A stretch of DNA of 64,000 nt from an uncultured Chloroflexia bacterium (lineage in GTDB: Bacteria > Chloroflexota > Limnocylindria > Limnocylindrales > CSP1-4), in NCBI GenBank assembly GCA_963716025.1, contig CAVQSY010000041.1, positions 6,985 through 70,984 of the forward strand, given 5' to 3'. Made by a program: the position numbers and the translations under genes. Shown one piece after another: positions 20,862 through 29,250 of this stretch. Numbering within the stretch: position 1 is the first letter of the stretch; each line of letters begins with the position of its first letter. Under the pieces are notes generated by a model, which saw only the letters and a program-made list of their open reading frames with translations, did not search any database and was not told the DNA's origin.

Positions 20862-22427
20862 ATGTCCATCGACACCCCGGACTGGGTCCGCGATGCCGTG
20901 TTCTACCAGGTGTTTCCGGACCGCTTCGCGAGTTCCCCGCGGGTCGCGAAACCCGGGCCGCTGGAGCCATGGGAGGCGCCCCCCACCGACCACGGGTTCA
21001 AGGGTGGCGACCTGCTCGGCATCGTCGAGCGGCTGCCCTACCTGGCCGACCTGGGGATCACGGCGCTCTACCTCACCCCGGTCTTCGCGTCCGCCTCGAA
21101 CCACCGGTACCACACCTACGACTATTTCTCGGTCGACCCGATGCTCGGTGGCGACGCCGCCCTGCGCGAGCTGCTCGACGCGGCGCACGCGCGTGGCATG
21201 CGGGTCGTGCTCGACGGGGTGTTCAATCACACCGGACGCGGGTTCTGGGCCTTCCACCACGTCCTCGAGAACGGCGCGGGCTCACCGTACCGGGACTGGT
21301 TCCACTTCGACCCGGAGGTGCTGGAGGGCCGGCGGCCGCTCCGGCCGTACCACTGGGTGACGGACCCAGAGGGTTCACCGCCTGAGCCCGGCAGTCCGGG
21401 GGCCATCGACCCGCTCGGCGACGAGTCGCTGCAGCGGTTTGGCTATCGGGCCTGGTGGGGCCTGCCCGCGCTGCCCAAGCTGAACCTCGCCAACCCGCAT
21501 GCCCGCGAGCACGTGATGACGGCGGTCGAGCACTGGCTGCGGCTCGGCATCGACGGCTGGCGCCTGGACGTTCCCACGGAGATCCGTGAACCTGGGTTCT
21601 GGGAGGAATTCCGGCAGCGGGCCCGGGCGGTCAACCCCGATGCCTACCTCGTGGGCGAGATCTGGCACGAGGCGCCCGAGTGGCTCGCGGGCGACCGGTT
21701 CGACGCGGTCATGAACTACCCCCTGGCGCAGGCGATCCTGGGCTTCGCCGCCCAGGGCTCGCTCGACGAGCGGGTGGTCCGCGCCCACCACGAGTACGGC
21801 CGGACCGTCCTGCGCCGGGATGGCGCTGCCTTCGCGGCCGAGCTCGAGCGACGGATGGGCCTGTACGACCGGGCCGTCACGGACGTGCAGCTCAACCTCC
21901 TCGGCAGCCACGACAGCCCGCGATTCTGGACGATGGCCGGCCGCGACCCTGCCGCGTATGCGCTCGCCGTGCTGCTCCAGGCGACGCTTCCTGGCGCCCC
22001 ATGCACCTTCTACGGCGACGAGGTGGGCCTGGAGGGCGGCCACGATCCCGACTGCCGCCGGGCGTTCCCCTGGGACGAGAACGCCTGGGATCCCGACGCC
22101 GTTGCCTGGACCAGGGCCGCGTACGCCGCCCGTCATGCGCTGCCGGCGCTCCGGCGCGGGTCGTTCCGCATCGCCGGCGTGCACGAGGATGCGATCGCCT
22201 TCGTGCGGGGCGCGGCCGAGGGGGCGCCGCCGGTGCTCGTGATGGTCAATGCCGGCGACCGGCAGGTCGAGGTTGACGTCGCCGCACCCGAGCTGGCCGG
22301 GTCCACGCTCCGGGACCAGCCCCTTCCCGGCAGGGGCGCCGCCGACGTCGCCATCGGCGGCGACGGCCGGGCGCTGATCGCCGTTGCCGCGCGCGCCGGA
22401 CGCATCCTCGCGCCGGCGGCCGGCTAA
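20862..22427 (+). CDS. glycoside hydrolase family 13 protein (alpha-amylase / neopullulanase-like)
   Basis: [22 protein letters not shown]...[28 protein letters not shown]...[13 protein letters not shown]...[14 protein letters not shown]... carries the canonical GH13 regions I-IV. Confidence 0.8.
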   Translation: MSIDTPDWVRDAVFYQVFPDRFASSPRVAKPGPLEPWEAPPTDHGFKGGDLLGIVERLPYLADLGITALYLTPVFASASNHRYHTYDYFSVDPMLGGDAALRELLDAAHARGMRVVLDGVFNHTGRGFWAFHHVLENGAGSPYRDWFHFDPEVLEGRRPLRPYHWVTDPEGSPPEPGSPGAIDPLGDESLQRFGYRAWWGLPALPKLNLANPHAREHVMTAVEHWLRLGIDGWRLDVPTEIREPGFWEEFRQRARAVNPDAYLVGEIWHEAPEWLAGDRFDAVMNYPLAQAILGFAAQGSLDERVVRAHHEYGRTVLRRDGAAFAAELERRMGLYDRAVTDVQLNLLGSHDSPRFWTMAGRDPAAYALAVLLQATLPGAPCTFYGDEVGLEGGHDPDCRRAFPWDENAWDPDAVAWTRAAYAARHALPALRRGSFRIAGVHEDAIAFVRGAAEGAPPVLVMVNAGDRQVEVDVAAPELAGSTLRDQPLPGRGAADVAIGGDGRALIAVAARAGRILAPAAG

Positions 22428-22486
22428 CAGGTCCACGCGGGCACGGGCCGTGTCCGGGCGGGCTTCGGAGGTATGCTCGCGGCTCC

Positions 22487-23158
22487 GTGACCGACCTGCC
22501 CTTCGCTTGTGACCCCGTGCTCGCCGATCGCCTGTCCGCCGTGATGGACGTCGAAGGGCGGATCCCGCGTGCCCTCGATGCGCTGGGTCCGATTGCGGGT
22601 GCGGCCGTGGGCGCGCTCGTCGTCCCGGGGACGCCCTGGCTGGACCGGGTGCAGGCGCTGGCTCCCTCTCCGCTTGTCGCGGCACCCGCCGATCCCGGAA
22701 TCCCCCTCGTGATCCCCGCCCCGGACGCGTCGCTCGACGTGGTGGTGACGCTGTGGTCGGGCTTTCGAGGCGTGGATGCGTCCGATCTGTCGGAGGTCGA
22801 CCGGGTCCTGCGGCCCGGCGGCAGGCTGCTCGTCGTCCACGACTACGGCCGGGACGACGTGTCCGCGCTGCGCGACCCCGAGGCTCCCGAGTACCGGTCG
22901 TGGAGCCGGCGCGGAGGCCCGTTCCTGGGCCCGGCGGCGTTCAAGATCCGCGTGGTGCACTGCTTCTGGACCTTCGCGGACGTCGAGGCGGCAAAGGCGA
23001 CGCTGGCCGCCTTTGGAGCCCGCGGCGAAGCCCTTGCGGCAGCGCTGCGGCGGCCACGCCTGACCTGGAACGTGGCGGTCTACCATCGCCTGCGTCCCGG
23101 TGCCGGGTCCGGCAAGGCGCCCGATGGCGAACCGGGGCCAGGCCCCGCGACCGGCTGA
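22487..23158 (+). CDS. hypothetical protein (possible SAM-dependent methyltransferase fold)
   Basis: 223-aa ORF. Segment ...VVVTLWSGFRGVD...VLRPGGRLLVVHDYG resembles a class I MTase core. Confidence 0.4.
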   Translation: MTDLPFACDPVLADRLSAVMDVEGRIPRALDALGPIAGAAVGALVVPGTPWLDRVQALAPSPLVAAPADPGIPLVIPAPDASLDVVVTLWSGFRGVDASDLSEVDRVLRPGGRLLVVHDYGRDDVSALRDPEAPEYRSWSRRGGPFLGPAAFKIRVVHCFWTFADVEAAKATLAAFGARGEALAAALRRPRLTWNVAVYHRLRPGAGSGKAPDGEPGPGPATG

Positions 23159-23195
23159 CCGGTCCGGTGGTGGCACCCCTGCTACGCTCGGCGTC

Positions 23196-23585
23196 ATGAG
23201 CGGGCGCAGGACCTACGATCGCCGGCCGGCGGCTCCGGCCACGCACCGGCGCGGCCCCCATCTCGGGCCGGTCGGCATCTCGCCGATCCGCGTGATCCTG
23301 TTCATCGCGCTGCTGGGTGGGCTCGGCTTCCTCGGCTACGCGGTCTTCGTCCGGGACCAGCTCCAGGTGCCCTTGATGGCCTCGGGGTTTGCCGTGGTGG
23401 GGATCGTGTTCGGCGCGATGGCCCTGCTGGCGCTCCTGTCGGTGGTCCGCGCGGGTCGAGAGGGACGCGACGGGACGGCGGTCCTGACATCGGTGTTCGG
23501 GGGCCTGCTGGCCATGGCCTCGCTCCTCGCGCTCGCGGCCGCCGTGATCATGAGCCTCCTCTGGGGCGGGACCAAGGGGGCCTGA
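23196..23585 (+). CDS. small membrane protein
   Basis: Start at MSGRRTYDRRP... (ATG 23196). It has three predicted TM segments. Confidence 0.45.
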   Translation: MSGRRTYDRRPAAPATHRRGPHLGPVGISPIRVILFIALLGGLGFLGYAVFVRDQLQVPLMASGFAVVGIVFGAMALLALLSVVRAGREGRDGTAVLTSVFGGLLAMASLLALAAAVIMSLLWGGTKGA

Positions 23586-23618
23586 CTGGTACACTCGGCC
23601 GGCCGTCCGCCGCGCCGT

Positions 23619-23695
23619 GCCCCCATCGTCTAGAGGCCTAGGACGCCACCCTTTCAAGGTGGAGATCGCCGGTTCGAATCCGGCTGGGGGTACCA
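23619..23695 (+). tRNA. tRNA-Glu (anticodon UUC)
   Basis: GCCCCCATCGTCTAGAGGCCTAGGACGCCACCCTTTCAAGGTGGAGATCGCCGGTTCGAATCCGGCTGGGGGTACCA has a cloverleaf with anticodon loop CTTTCAA and a GGTTCGAATCC T-arm; CCA is encoded. Confidence 0.85.
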
Positions 23696-23769
23696 CCTTC
23701 CCCGGCCCCGGATCGGTGGACAAGCCCCCTGGCCTGACACGAACTCCGCGCCTGCGGCATGCTGCCGTC

Positions 23770-24726
23770 GTGACCCTGGTGCCGTTCACGCACGAGCACG
23801 TCCTGCCGGCCGCGGCGCTGGTGGCTGCGGGCATTGATCGCCTCCGCCACCGCGTGCCCCCGGTCCCGCCGTCGTGGACCGATCCGGCGCGCGTGGCGCG
23901 GGTGCTGGCCGGGCTCGCCGATCAAGGCGCCGGTCTGGCGGCCATCGACGACGGTGATCTCGTCGCCTTCCAGGCGGCGATCACCATCGACGGGCGAGGC
24001 GGACGCTGGACCTACACGTCCGACGTGGGCCATGCCGCGCCTCCTGACCCCGACGGAAGGCTGCGGACGCGGCTGTACGCCGCGCTGGCCGATGGCTGGA
24101 TCCGGGGCGCCAGCCCGGAGCACGTGATCTCGGTTCCTGCCGACGACGAGGTGGCGCTCGCGACGTATGCGCGGCTCGGGTTCGGGCGGCACATGATCGA
24201 CCGCATCGGGCCACTTTCGTCGATCGAGCGCGGCCCGCTCCCGGCGGGCGTCACGCTCCGGCGTGCCGGGCCCGCGGACGCAGCGGCGATCGCCGGGCTT
24301 GATGCCCACCTCCGCCGTCACCTCGAGGCGTCGCCGGTCTTCGTGCGGCCTGGTGCGTCACCGCCGGTCGAGGTTGGGCGCGGACGCCTTGGGGACCCCT
24401 CCATCGCCACGTTCATCGCCGAGCGCGACGGTGCCGCGATGGCATTCCTGCGGATCGGGCCGTGCGCCACGGACGTCGCGACGATCGTGCGCGACCCGGG
24501 AACGGCGAGCGTGACGGGTGCCTTCACGCACCCGGAGGTCCGGGGCAGGGAGATCGGCTCGCACCTGCTGGCGGCCGCCGTCGCCTGGGCCGAGACGGAG
24601 GGGTATGTCCGGTGGGCCGTGGATCACGAGTCCGCGAACGGCGAGGCCTTCCGGTTCTTTGCCCGGCACGCGACGCCCGTGACCGTCTCGATGAGCCGGA
24701 GGCTGGCTCCATTCCTGGTCCCGTGA
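23770..24726 (+). CDS. GNAT-family N-acetyltransferase (two-domain)
   Basis: GTG start downstream of the tRNA. C-terminal ...REIGSHLLAAAVAWAETEGYVRWAVDHESANGEAFRFFARHA... is a GNAT core. The 5' part of the track ORF 23617..24726 overlaps the tRNA and was excluded. Confidence 0.6.
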   Translation: MTLVPFTHEHVLPAAALVAAGIDRLRHRVPPVPPSWTDPARVARVLAGLADQGAGLAAIDDGDLVAFQAAITIDGRGGRWTYTSDVGHAAPPDPDGRLRTRLYAALADGWIRGASPEHVISVPADDEVALATYARLGFGRHMIDRIGPLSSIERGPLPAGVTLRRAGPADAAAIAGLDAHLRRHLEASPVFVRPGASPPVEVGRGRLGDPSIATFIAERDGAAMAFLRIGPCATDVATIVRDPGTASVTGAFTHPEVRGREIGSHLLAAAVAWAETEGYVRWAVDHESANGEAFRFFARHATPVTVSMSRRLAPFLVP

Positions 24727-24782
24727 GGAATTTGGCCGACCGGGGACGGCTGCCGGCCGTGCCCCCTGCTATCCTCCGGGCG

Positions 24783-25136
24783 ATGGAGCTGATGGGCGTG
24801 ACGATCCGCACAATCGTCAAGGACAACGTCGCGATCCGGTGTGACGGCTGCCGGGACATCATCCCGGGCACCCCGTGGCGCGTGAACCTGCTCGACATCG
24901 TCGCTCCTGAGGTCGCGGTCGGCTGGACCGAGTCGTCCCCTGTGAACCCTGGCCCGCACCAGTTCCACTCGGACCCCGCATGTGTCCGCCGATGGATGGC
25001 CGAGAAGGGTTACCGGTTCTGCCGGCGGGGCGAGGTCCGCGAGATCATGCGTCCGGTGCCTCTGCCCACGGAGCCCCCGTCGTGGGGACTGTGTGATGGC
25101 ATCCACCGCGACGATCACGAGTTCGTCCCGGCCTGA
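24783..25136 (+). CDS. small Cys/His-rich hypothetical protein
   Basis: 117 aa from MELMGVTIRTIVKDNVAIRCDGCRD..., with several Cys and His residues suggesting metal binding. ATG at 24783. Confidence 0.4.
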   Translation: MELMGVTIRTIVKDNVAIRCDGCRDIIPGTPWRVNLLDIVAPEVAVGWTESSPVNPGPHQFHSDPACVRRWMAEKGYRFCRRGEVREIMRPVPLPTEPPSWGLCDGIHRDDHEFVPA

Positions 25137-25497
25137 TCCGAACTCGTCCCGGCTCTGATCCGGACCTGCCCGCGTGTCCGCGCGCCGCGACCGATCCCCA
25201 GGCTCTCCGTCCCGACCCCGTCCACCCTGCCGCCCCGGCGCAGCGCCTGGACCGTGCCGTCGCGGGCCACCAGGTCGCACCTGGCCGTCGCGGGCCAGCC
25301 AGGGAGGTGCCAGATATCAGCCCTGACTGCTGCAAGCGCGGCAGGTCCGGCCTGAGGCCCGCCGAATATCAGTTGCGGCTGATGTAATCGATTGGCACCT
25401 GCGCGGGCTCGGTCGAACATCAGCCCAGGGTGATATCCGGCGGATTGGTGTCCGCCCTGCCCCCACCCCCAGCCACGACACACGATCCGTGGTGCGG

Positions 25498-25527
25498 TTG
25501 ACGACCCTCGGCAGGCGCCCCTACACT
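25498..25527 (+). promoter_or_regulatory. candidate sigma70-like promoter (TTGACG, 18-nt spacer, TACACT) upstream of the HTH regulator
   Basis: TTGACGaccctcggcaggcgcccCTACACT lies about 70 nt upstream of the GTG at 25600, followed by a direct repeat AGATTTGC x2 in the leader. Confidence 0.2.
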
Positions 25528-25599
25528 CCGCGCCGCCGGGTCTGCGACAACGGACCCAGATTTGCCAAGATTTGCTGCCTCTCCCCGCCTGGAGCACCT

Positions 25600-26319
25600 G
25601 TGCCCGACCAGCGGCCATCCCCCGAGCGGCCCCAGCCGGAGCGCCTTGCGCTCGGCGAGGCGAGCCGGCTCCTGGGCGTGGATCCTGACACGCTCCGCCG
25701 CTGGGCCGACGAGGGCCGGGTCCCTGCCTTCACGACGCCTGGCGGACACCGCCGCTTTGACCGGCGGGCGCTGGAGCGCCTGATGGCCGCGCGGCGGACC
25801 GGTCCTGCAGGTGGCCTGGCGGGTGTCGGCGCCAGCCAGGGCCGCCTGAGCGCGGCGTACCGGCGCCGCTACGGCCTGTCCCATGGCGGCACGCTGGACC
25901 CGCGGATGACGGTGCGCGCCGAGGACCGGGAGGCGTTCCGCGAGCTGGGTCGGGGCCTGGTTGACGCCCTGGTCCGCCACCTCGACGAGGCGGGTCCTGG
26001 CCGCGCGCTTGCCGAACGAGACGCCCTTGAGCTCGCCGCGCAGTTCGGGGAGCGGCTGGCTGCGCACGGTGCCCCGCTCGCCGGCGGGGTCTCCATGTTC
26101 GTCAACGCACGCCAGCCGTTCCTCGCCGAGCTGTCGGTCTTCGCCCGGCGACGTGCCGTGGATGCCTCGCGCATCGGCGAGCTGTACGACGCCTCGACGG
26201 GCCTCCTCGATCGCCTGCTGCTCGCCTTCGTGGCGGCGCACGAGGGCGCGTCGTCGACCGCTGCCGTCCCTCCCGAGCGGGCAGGTCGGCCATCGCCGGT
26301 CGTTCCGGCCGGGGACTGA
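25600..26319 (+). CDS. excisionase/MerR-superfamily HTH DNA-binding regulator
   Basis: GTG start with GGAG 5 nt upstream. N-terminal LALGEASRLLGVDPDTLRRWADEGRVPAFTTPGGHRRFDRRALERL is a MerR/excisionase-type HTH. The long C-terminal domain is uncharacterised. Confidence 0.6.
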   Translation: MPDQRPSPERPQPERLALGEASRLLGVDPDTLRRWADEGRVPAFTTPGGHRRFDRRALERLMAARRTGPAGGLAGVGASQGRLSAAYRRRYGLSHGGTLDPRMTVRAEDREAFRELGRGLVDALVRHLDEAGPGRALAERDALELAAQFGERLAAHGAPLAGGVSMFVNARQPFLAELSVFARRRAVDASRIGELYDASTGLLDRLLLAFVAAHEGASSTAAVPPERAGRPSPVVPAGD

Positions 26320-26324
26320 GCGCG

Positions 26325-27410
26325 ATGCAGGTCATGCTCCCGGCCGTGACCAGCGTCCTTGCGCTCGTCTTCGCACTGATGCTGGTGGACCAGTGGCGCG
26401 AGCGGCGCCATGGCTTCCAGCTGGTGTGGGCGCTGGGAATGCTCTGGTACGGCCTGGCCTCCGCCGCCGAGGCGCTTGCGGCGGCGTGGGGCTGGACCGA
26501 GGTCCTCTACCGGACCTGGTACCTCACCGGCGCCGTCTGGACGGCCGCGTGGCTGGGCCTCGGCACGGCCTTCCTGCTTGGCCGCACGCGGTTCGGGTAC
26601 ACGTACGCCATCCTGCTGCTGCTCTCGGGCCTGGTCGCGCTGATCATCCGGAACGCGCCGGCGTACGAGGGCGCCGGTCCGCTGCCGCTGCTGTACCTCA
26701 TCGGCGCGGTCATCCTCGCCATCGCGATCGGAGCGGAGACGTACTTCGGCAACGACGCGTGGCCCCGGTTCGCCGCTGGCGCCATCGTCGGCGTGACGCT
26801 CGTCTCGGTGGCCCTGATGGTCGCCACGCCGGCGCTGCCGGCGCCAGGCTACGCGGTCAGCCCCGCGACGGGCCAGCCGGTCGGCGACGCCATGCCCGGC
26901 TACCTCCGGCTCCTGACGCCGGTGATGAACATCCCGGGGGCGTTGTCGCTGCTGCTGGGCGCCGTGTTCTCGGCCTACGTCTTCATGCCCAAGCGGCGGG
27001 TGCTGCCGTACTCCCTGGACCCGAACCAGCCCGGCGACCAGTTCCTGTTCAACCTGTGCATCGCCCCCGTCGCCATCGTGGTCAACCTCGTCGCCTCACT
27101 TCCGGGCGCGCTGCGGGCGCTGGTTGCCGGCCGGCTCCACTCGCGCGTGCCGGCGACGATCCTGATCGCCGTCGGCGCCTTCTTCCCGACGATCACGGAC
27201 TCGCTCAACCGGGCCGGCTCCACCGAGCTGTTCGCCCTGGGGAAGTTCCTTGGCGTGGTCTTCCTGTTCGCCGGCTTCCTGGTGTCGGCCGAGGTCTTCC
27301 GCGAGATCCGGATCCCGTTCACCGGCGTCCGGTTCGTCACCCGGCAGCGGGCGGTGGACCTCGACCCTGCCGCGCCCGGTGCCCCGGGTCCCGACCCGCG
27401 ACCTTCGTAG
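26325..27410 (+). CDS. polytopic membrane protein, uncharacterised family (paralog A)
   Basis: 361 aa with about 9-10 TM segments. Strongly similar over its whole length to the protein encoded at 57583..58617 on the opposite strand. Confidence 0.7.
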   Translation: MQVMLPAVTSVLALVFALMLVDQWRERRHGFQLVWALGMLWYGLASAAEALAAAWGWTEVLYRTWYLTGAVWTAAWLGLGTAFLLGRTRFGYTYAILLLLSGLVALIIRNAPAYEGAGPLPLLYLIGAVILAIAIGAETYFGNDAWPRFAAGAIVGVTLVSVALMVATPALPAPGYAVSPATGQPVGDAMPGYLRLLTPVMNIPGALSLLLGAVFSAYVFMPKRRVLPYSLDPNQPGDQFLFNLCIAPVAIVVNLVASLPGALRALVAGRLHSRVPATILIAVGAFFPTITDSLNRAGSTELFALGKFLGVVFLFAGFLVSAEVFREIRIPFTGVRFVTRQRAVDLDPAAPGAPGPDPRPS

Positions 27411-27450
27411 GCAGCAACGCCGCTCGCGAGGTCGGCTGGGGATATCCTCG

Positions 27451-28236
27451 ATGCCGATGGACGACAGCGCTCCCGGATCAGGTATGCGTCCGTGGACGGC
27501 GATCGGGCCCCGGGATGCCACGGGCCTCGTGTTCCTCCACGGCACTCGCCTGAGCCGTGCGCAGTGGTGGCCACAGCTGCGGCGGCTGTCGGGCTCGTTC
27601 CGGTGCGTGGCGCTCGATCTTCCCGGCCACGGCGAGCTTGCCGCCGAGCCGTTCACGATCGACGCCGCGGTCGAGGCCACGTGTCGGGCCATCGAGGCCG
27701 AGATCCCGTCCGGCCGCGCGATCCTGGTCGGCCTGTCGATGGGCGGATACGTGGCCATCGACGCGGCCGAGGCCCACCCGGAGCGGGTCTCCGGCCTCGT
27801 GCTGGCCGGCTGCTCGGCGGAGGGTGTGGGCCCGATGGCCTGGCCATTCCGCCTCTTCCGCTCGCTGCTCCGGGCGACCCCGCGAGGCGCCCAGGACGTC
27901 GTCAACCGGGCGTTCTTCCGAGCTCGCTACCGGGAGGCGATCGCCGAGCCGATCATCGGGGCGGGCTTCTGGCCGGATGGCGGTGCGACGGCGCTCGACA
28001 CGCTCCTGGGCCGCCCATATCTGGAGCGCCTCGGCCGCCTGTGGACGCCGGTGCTGGTCGTGAATGGGGCGCTCGACCCGGTCTTCGGGCCGCAGGGCGA
28101 GTACTGGGCGGCATCGTGCCGGCAGGGGCGCCACGCCGTGGTCCCGCTCGCGATGCACCTCTCGAACCTCGACCGCCCGACGAGCTTCGCGCGCCTGGTG
28201 GCGGCCTTCGCGGGTCGCGTGGCGCGCGACGCCTGA
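27451..28236 (+). CDS. alpha/beta hydrolase
   Basis: HG oxyanion region LVFLHGTRLS and nucleophile elbow GLSMGG; ...CVALDLPGHGE.... ATG at 27451. Confidence 0.7.
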   Translation: MPMDDSAPGSGMRPWTAIGPRDATGLVFLHGTRLSRAQWWPQLRRLSGSFRCVALDLPGHGELAAEPFTIDAAVEATCRAIEAEIPSGRAILVGLSMGGYVAIDAAEAHPERVSGLVLAGCSAEGVGPMAWPFRLFRSLLRATPRGAQDVVNRAFFRARYREAIAEPIIGAGFWPDGGATALDTLLGRPYLERLGRLWTPVLVVNGALDPVFGPQGEYWAASCRQGRHAVVPLAMHLSNLDRPTSFARLVAAFAGRVARDA

Positions 28237-28317
28237 CACGGCCCCCGGAGCTCGTCGAGGGGGGTTCCGCGAGGGTGGCGGTATACTGGCCATCCTCCAC
28301 CCAGACTCCCGAGAGGT

Positions 28318-29199
28318 TTGATGCGCGTTCGAAAAGCCGTCTTCCCGGCTGCCGGCTGGGGCACCCGCTTCCTGCCGGCCACCAAGGCCCAGCCCAAGGA
28401 GATGCTGCCCCTGGTCGACAAGCCGGTCATCCAGTACGCGGTCGAGGAGGCGGTGGCTGCCGGCATCGAGCAGGTCATCATCGTCACCTCTTCGCAGAAG
28501 CGGATGATCGAGGACCACTTCGACCTCAACTACGAGCTGGAGCACCTGCTCGAGGAGAAGGGTGAGATCGAGAAGCTTCGCCAGGTGCGGCACATCAGTG
28601 ACCTGGCCCAGGTGGCCTACGTGCGCCAGAAGGAGCAGCTCGGCCTCGGCCACGCGGTCCTGATGGCGAAGGACCTCATCGGTCACGAGCCGTTCGCGGT
28701 GATCCTGCCCGACGACGTGGTGATCGCGGACCGGCCCTGCATCGGCCAGCTGATCCATGCCTACCACCAGCACCACGGCAGCGTGGTGGCTGTGGCCGAG
28801 GTCGCACCCGAGGACACCAGCCGCTACGGCGTGATCGCCGGCGAGCCGGTCACCGAGGGCCACGACCAGGACCGGACCTACCGTCTCACCGCCATCGTGG
28901 AGAAGCCGGAGCCGGGCACGGCCCCGTCCAACCTCGCGGTCATCGGTCGCTATGTCCTGACCCCCAAGATCTTCGACAAGCTGGAGCAGACACAGCGCGG
29001 TGCCGGCGGCGAGATCCAGCTGACCGACGCCATCCAGGCCCTGATGGACGAACAGAGCGTGTTCGGCTACGCCTACGAGGGCACGCGCTATGACGCCGGC
29101 ACCACGATGGGCTGGCTCCGCGCGTCCGTCGAGCTGGCGCTCGCCCGCCCGGAGTTCGGGAGCGAGTTCCGGGAGTACCTCCGCTCGCTGGACATCTAG
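28318..29199 (+). CDS. galU: UTP--glucose-1-phosphate uridylyltransferase
   Basis: MRVRKAVFPAAGWGTRFLPATKAQPKEMLPLVDKPVIQYAVEEA... is the GalU signature. Confidence 0.85.
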   Translation: MMRVRKAVFPAAGWGTRFLPATKAQPKEMLPLVDKPVIQYAVEEAVAAGIEQVIIVTSSQKRMIEDHFDLNYELEHLLEEKGEIEKLRQVRHISDLAQVAYVRQKEQLGLGHAVLMAKDLIGHEPFAVILPDDVVIADRPCIGQLIHAYHQHHGSVVAVAEVAPEDTSRYGVIAGEPVTEGHDQDRTYRLTAIVEKPEPGTAPSNLAVIGRYVLTPKIFDKLEQTQRGAGGEIQLTDAIQALMDEQSVFGYAYEGTRYDAGTTMGWLRASVELALARPEFGSEFREYLRSLDI

Positions 29200-29202
29200 C
29201 CA

Positions 29203-29218
29203 CCCGCCGGCGGGTGAT
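29203..29218 (+). terminator. perfect 16-nt palindrome after galU (possible terminator hairpin)
   Basis: CACCCGCCGGCGGGTG lies directly after the galU stop. Confidence 0.2.
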
Positions 29219-29250
29219 CACAGCTCCGTGGGGTAGGATGCCCCCCGGCC

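Noticed and set aside
23617-23769. 5' end of + ORF 23617..24726
   Set aside because: It coincides with the tRNA-Glu gene; the protein start was moved to the GTG at 23770.
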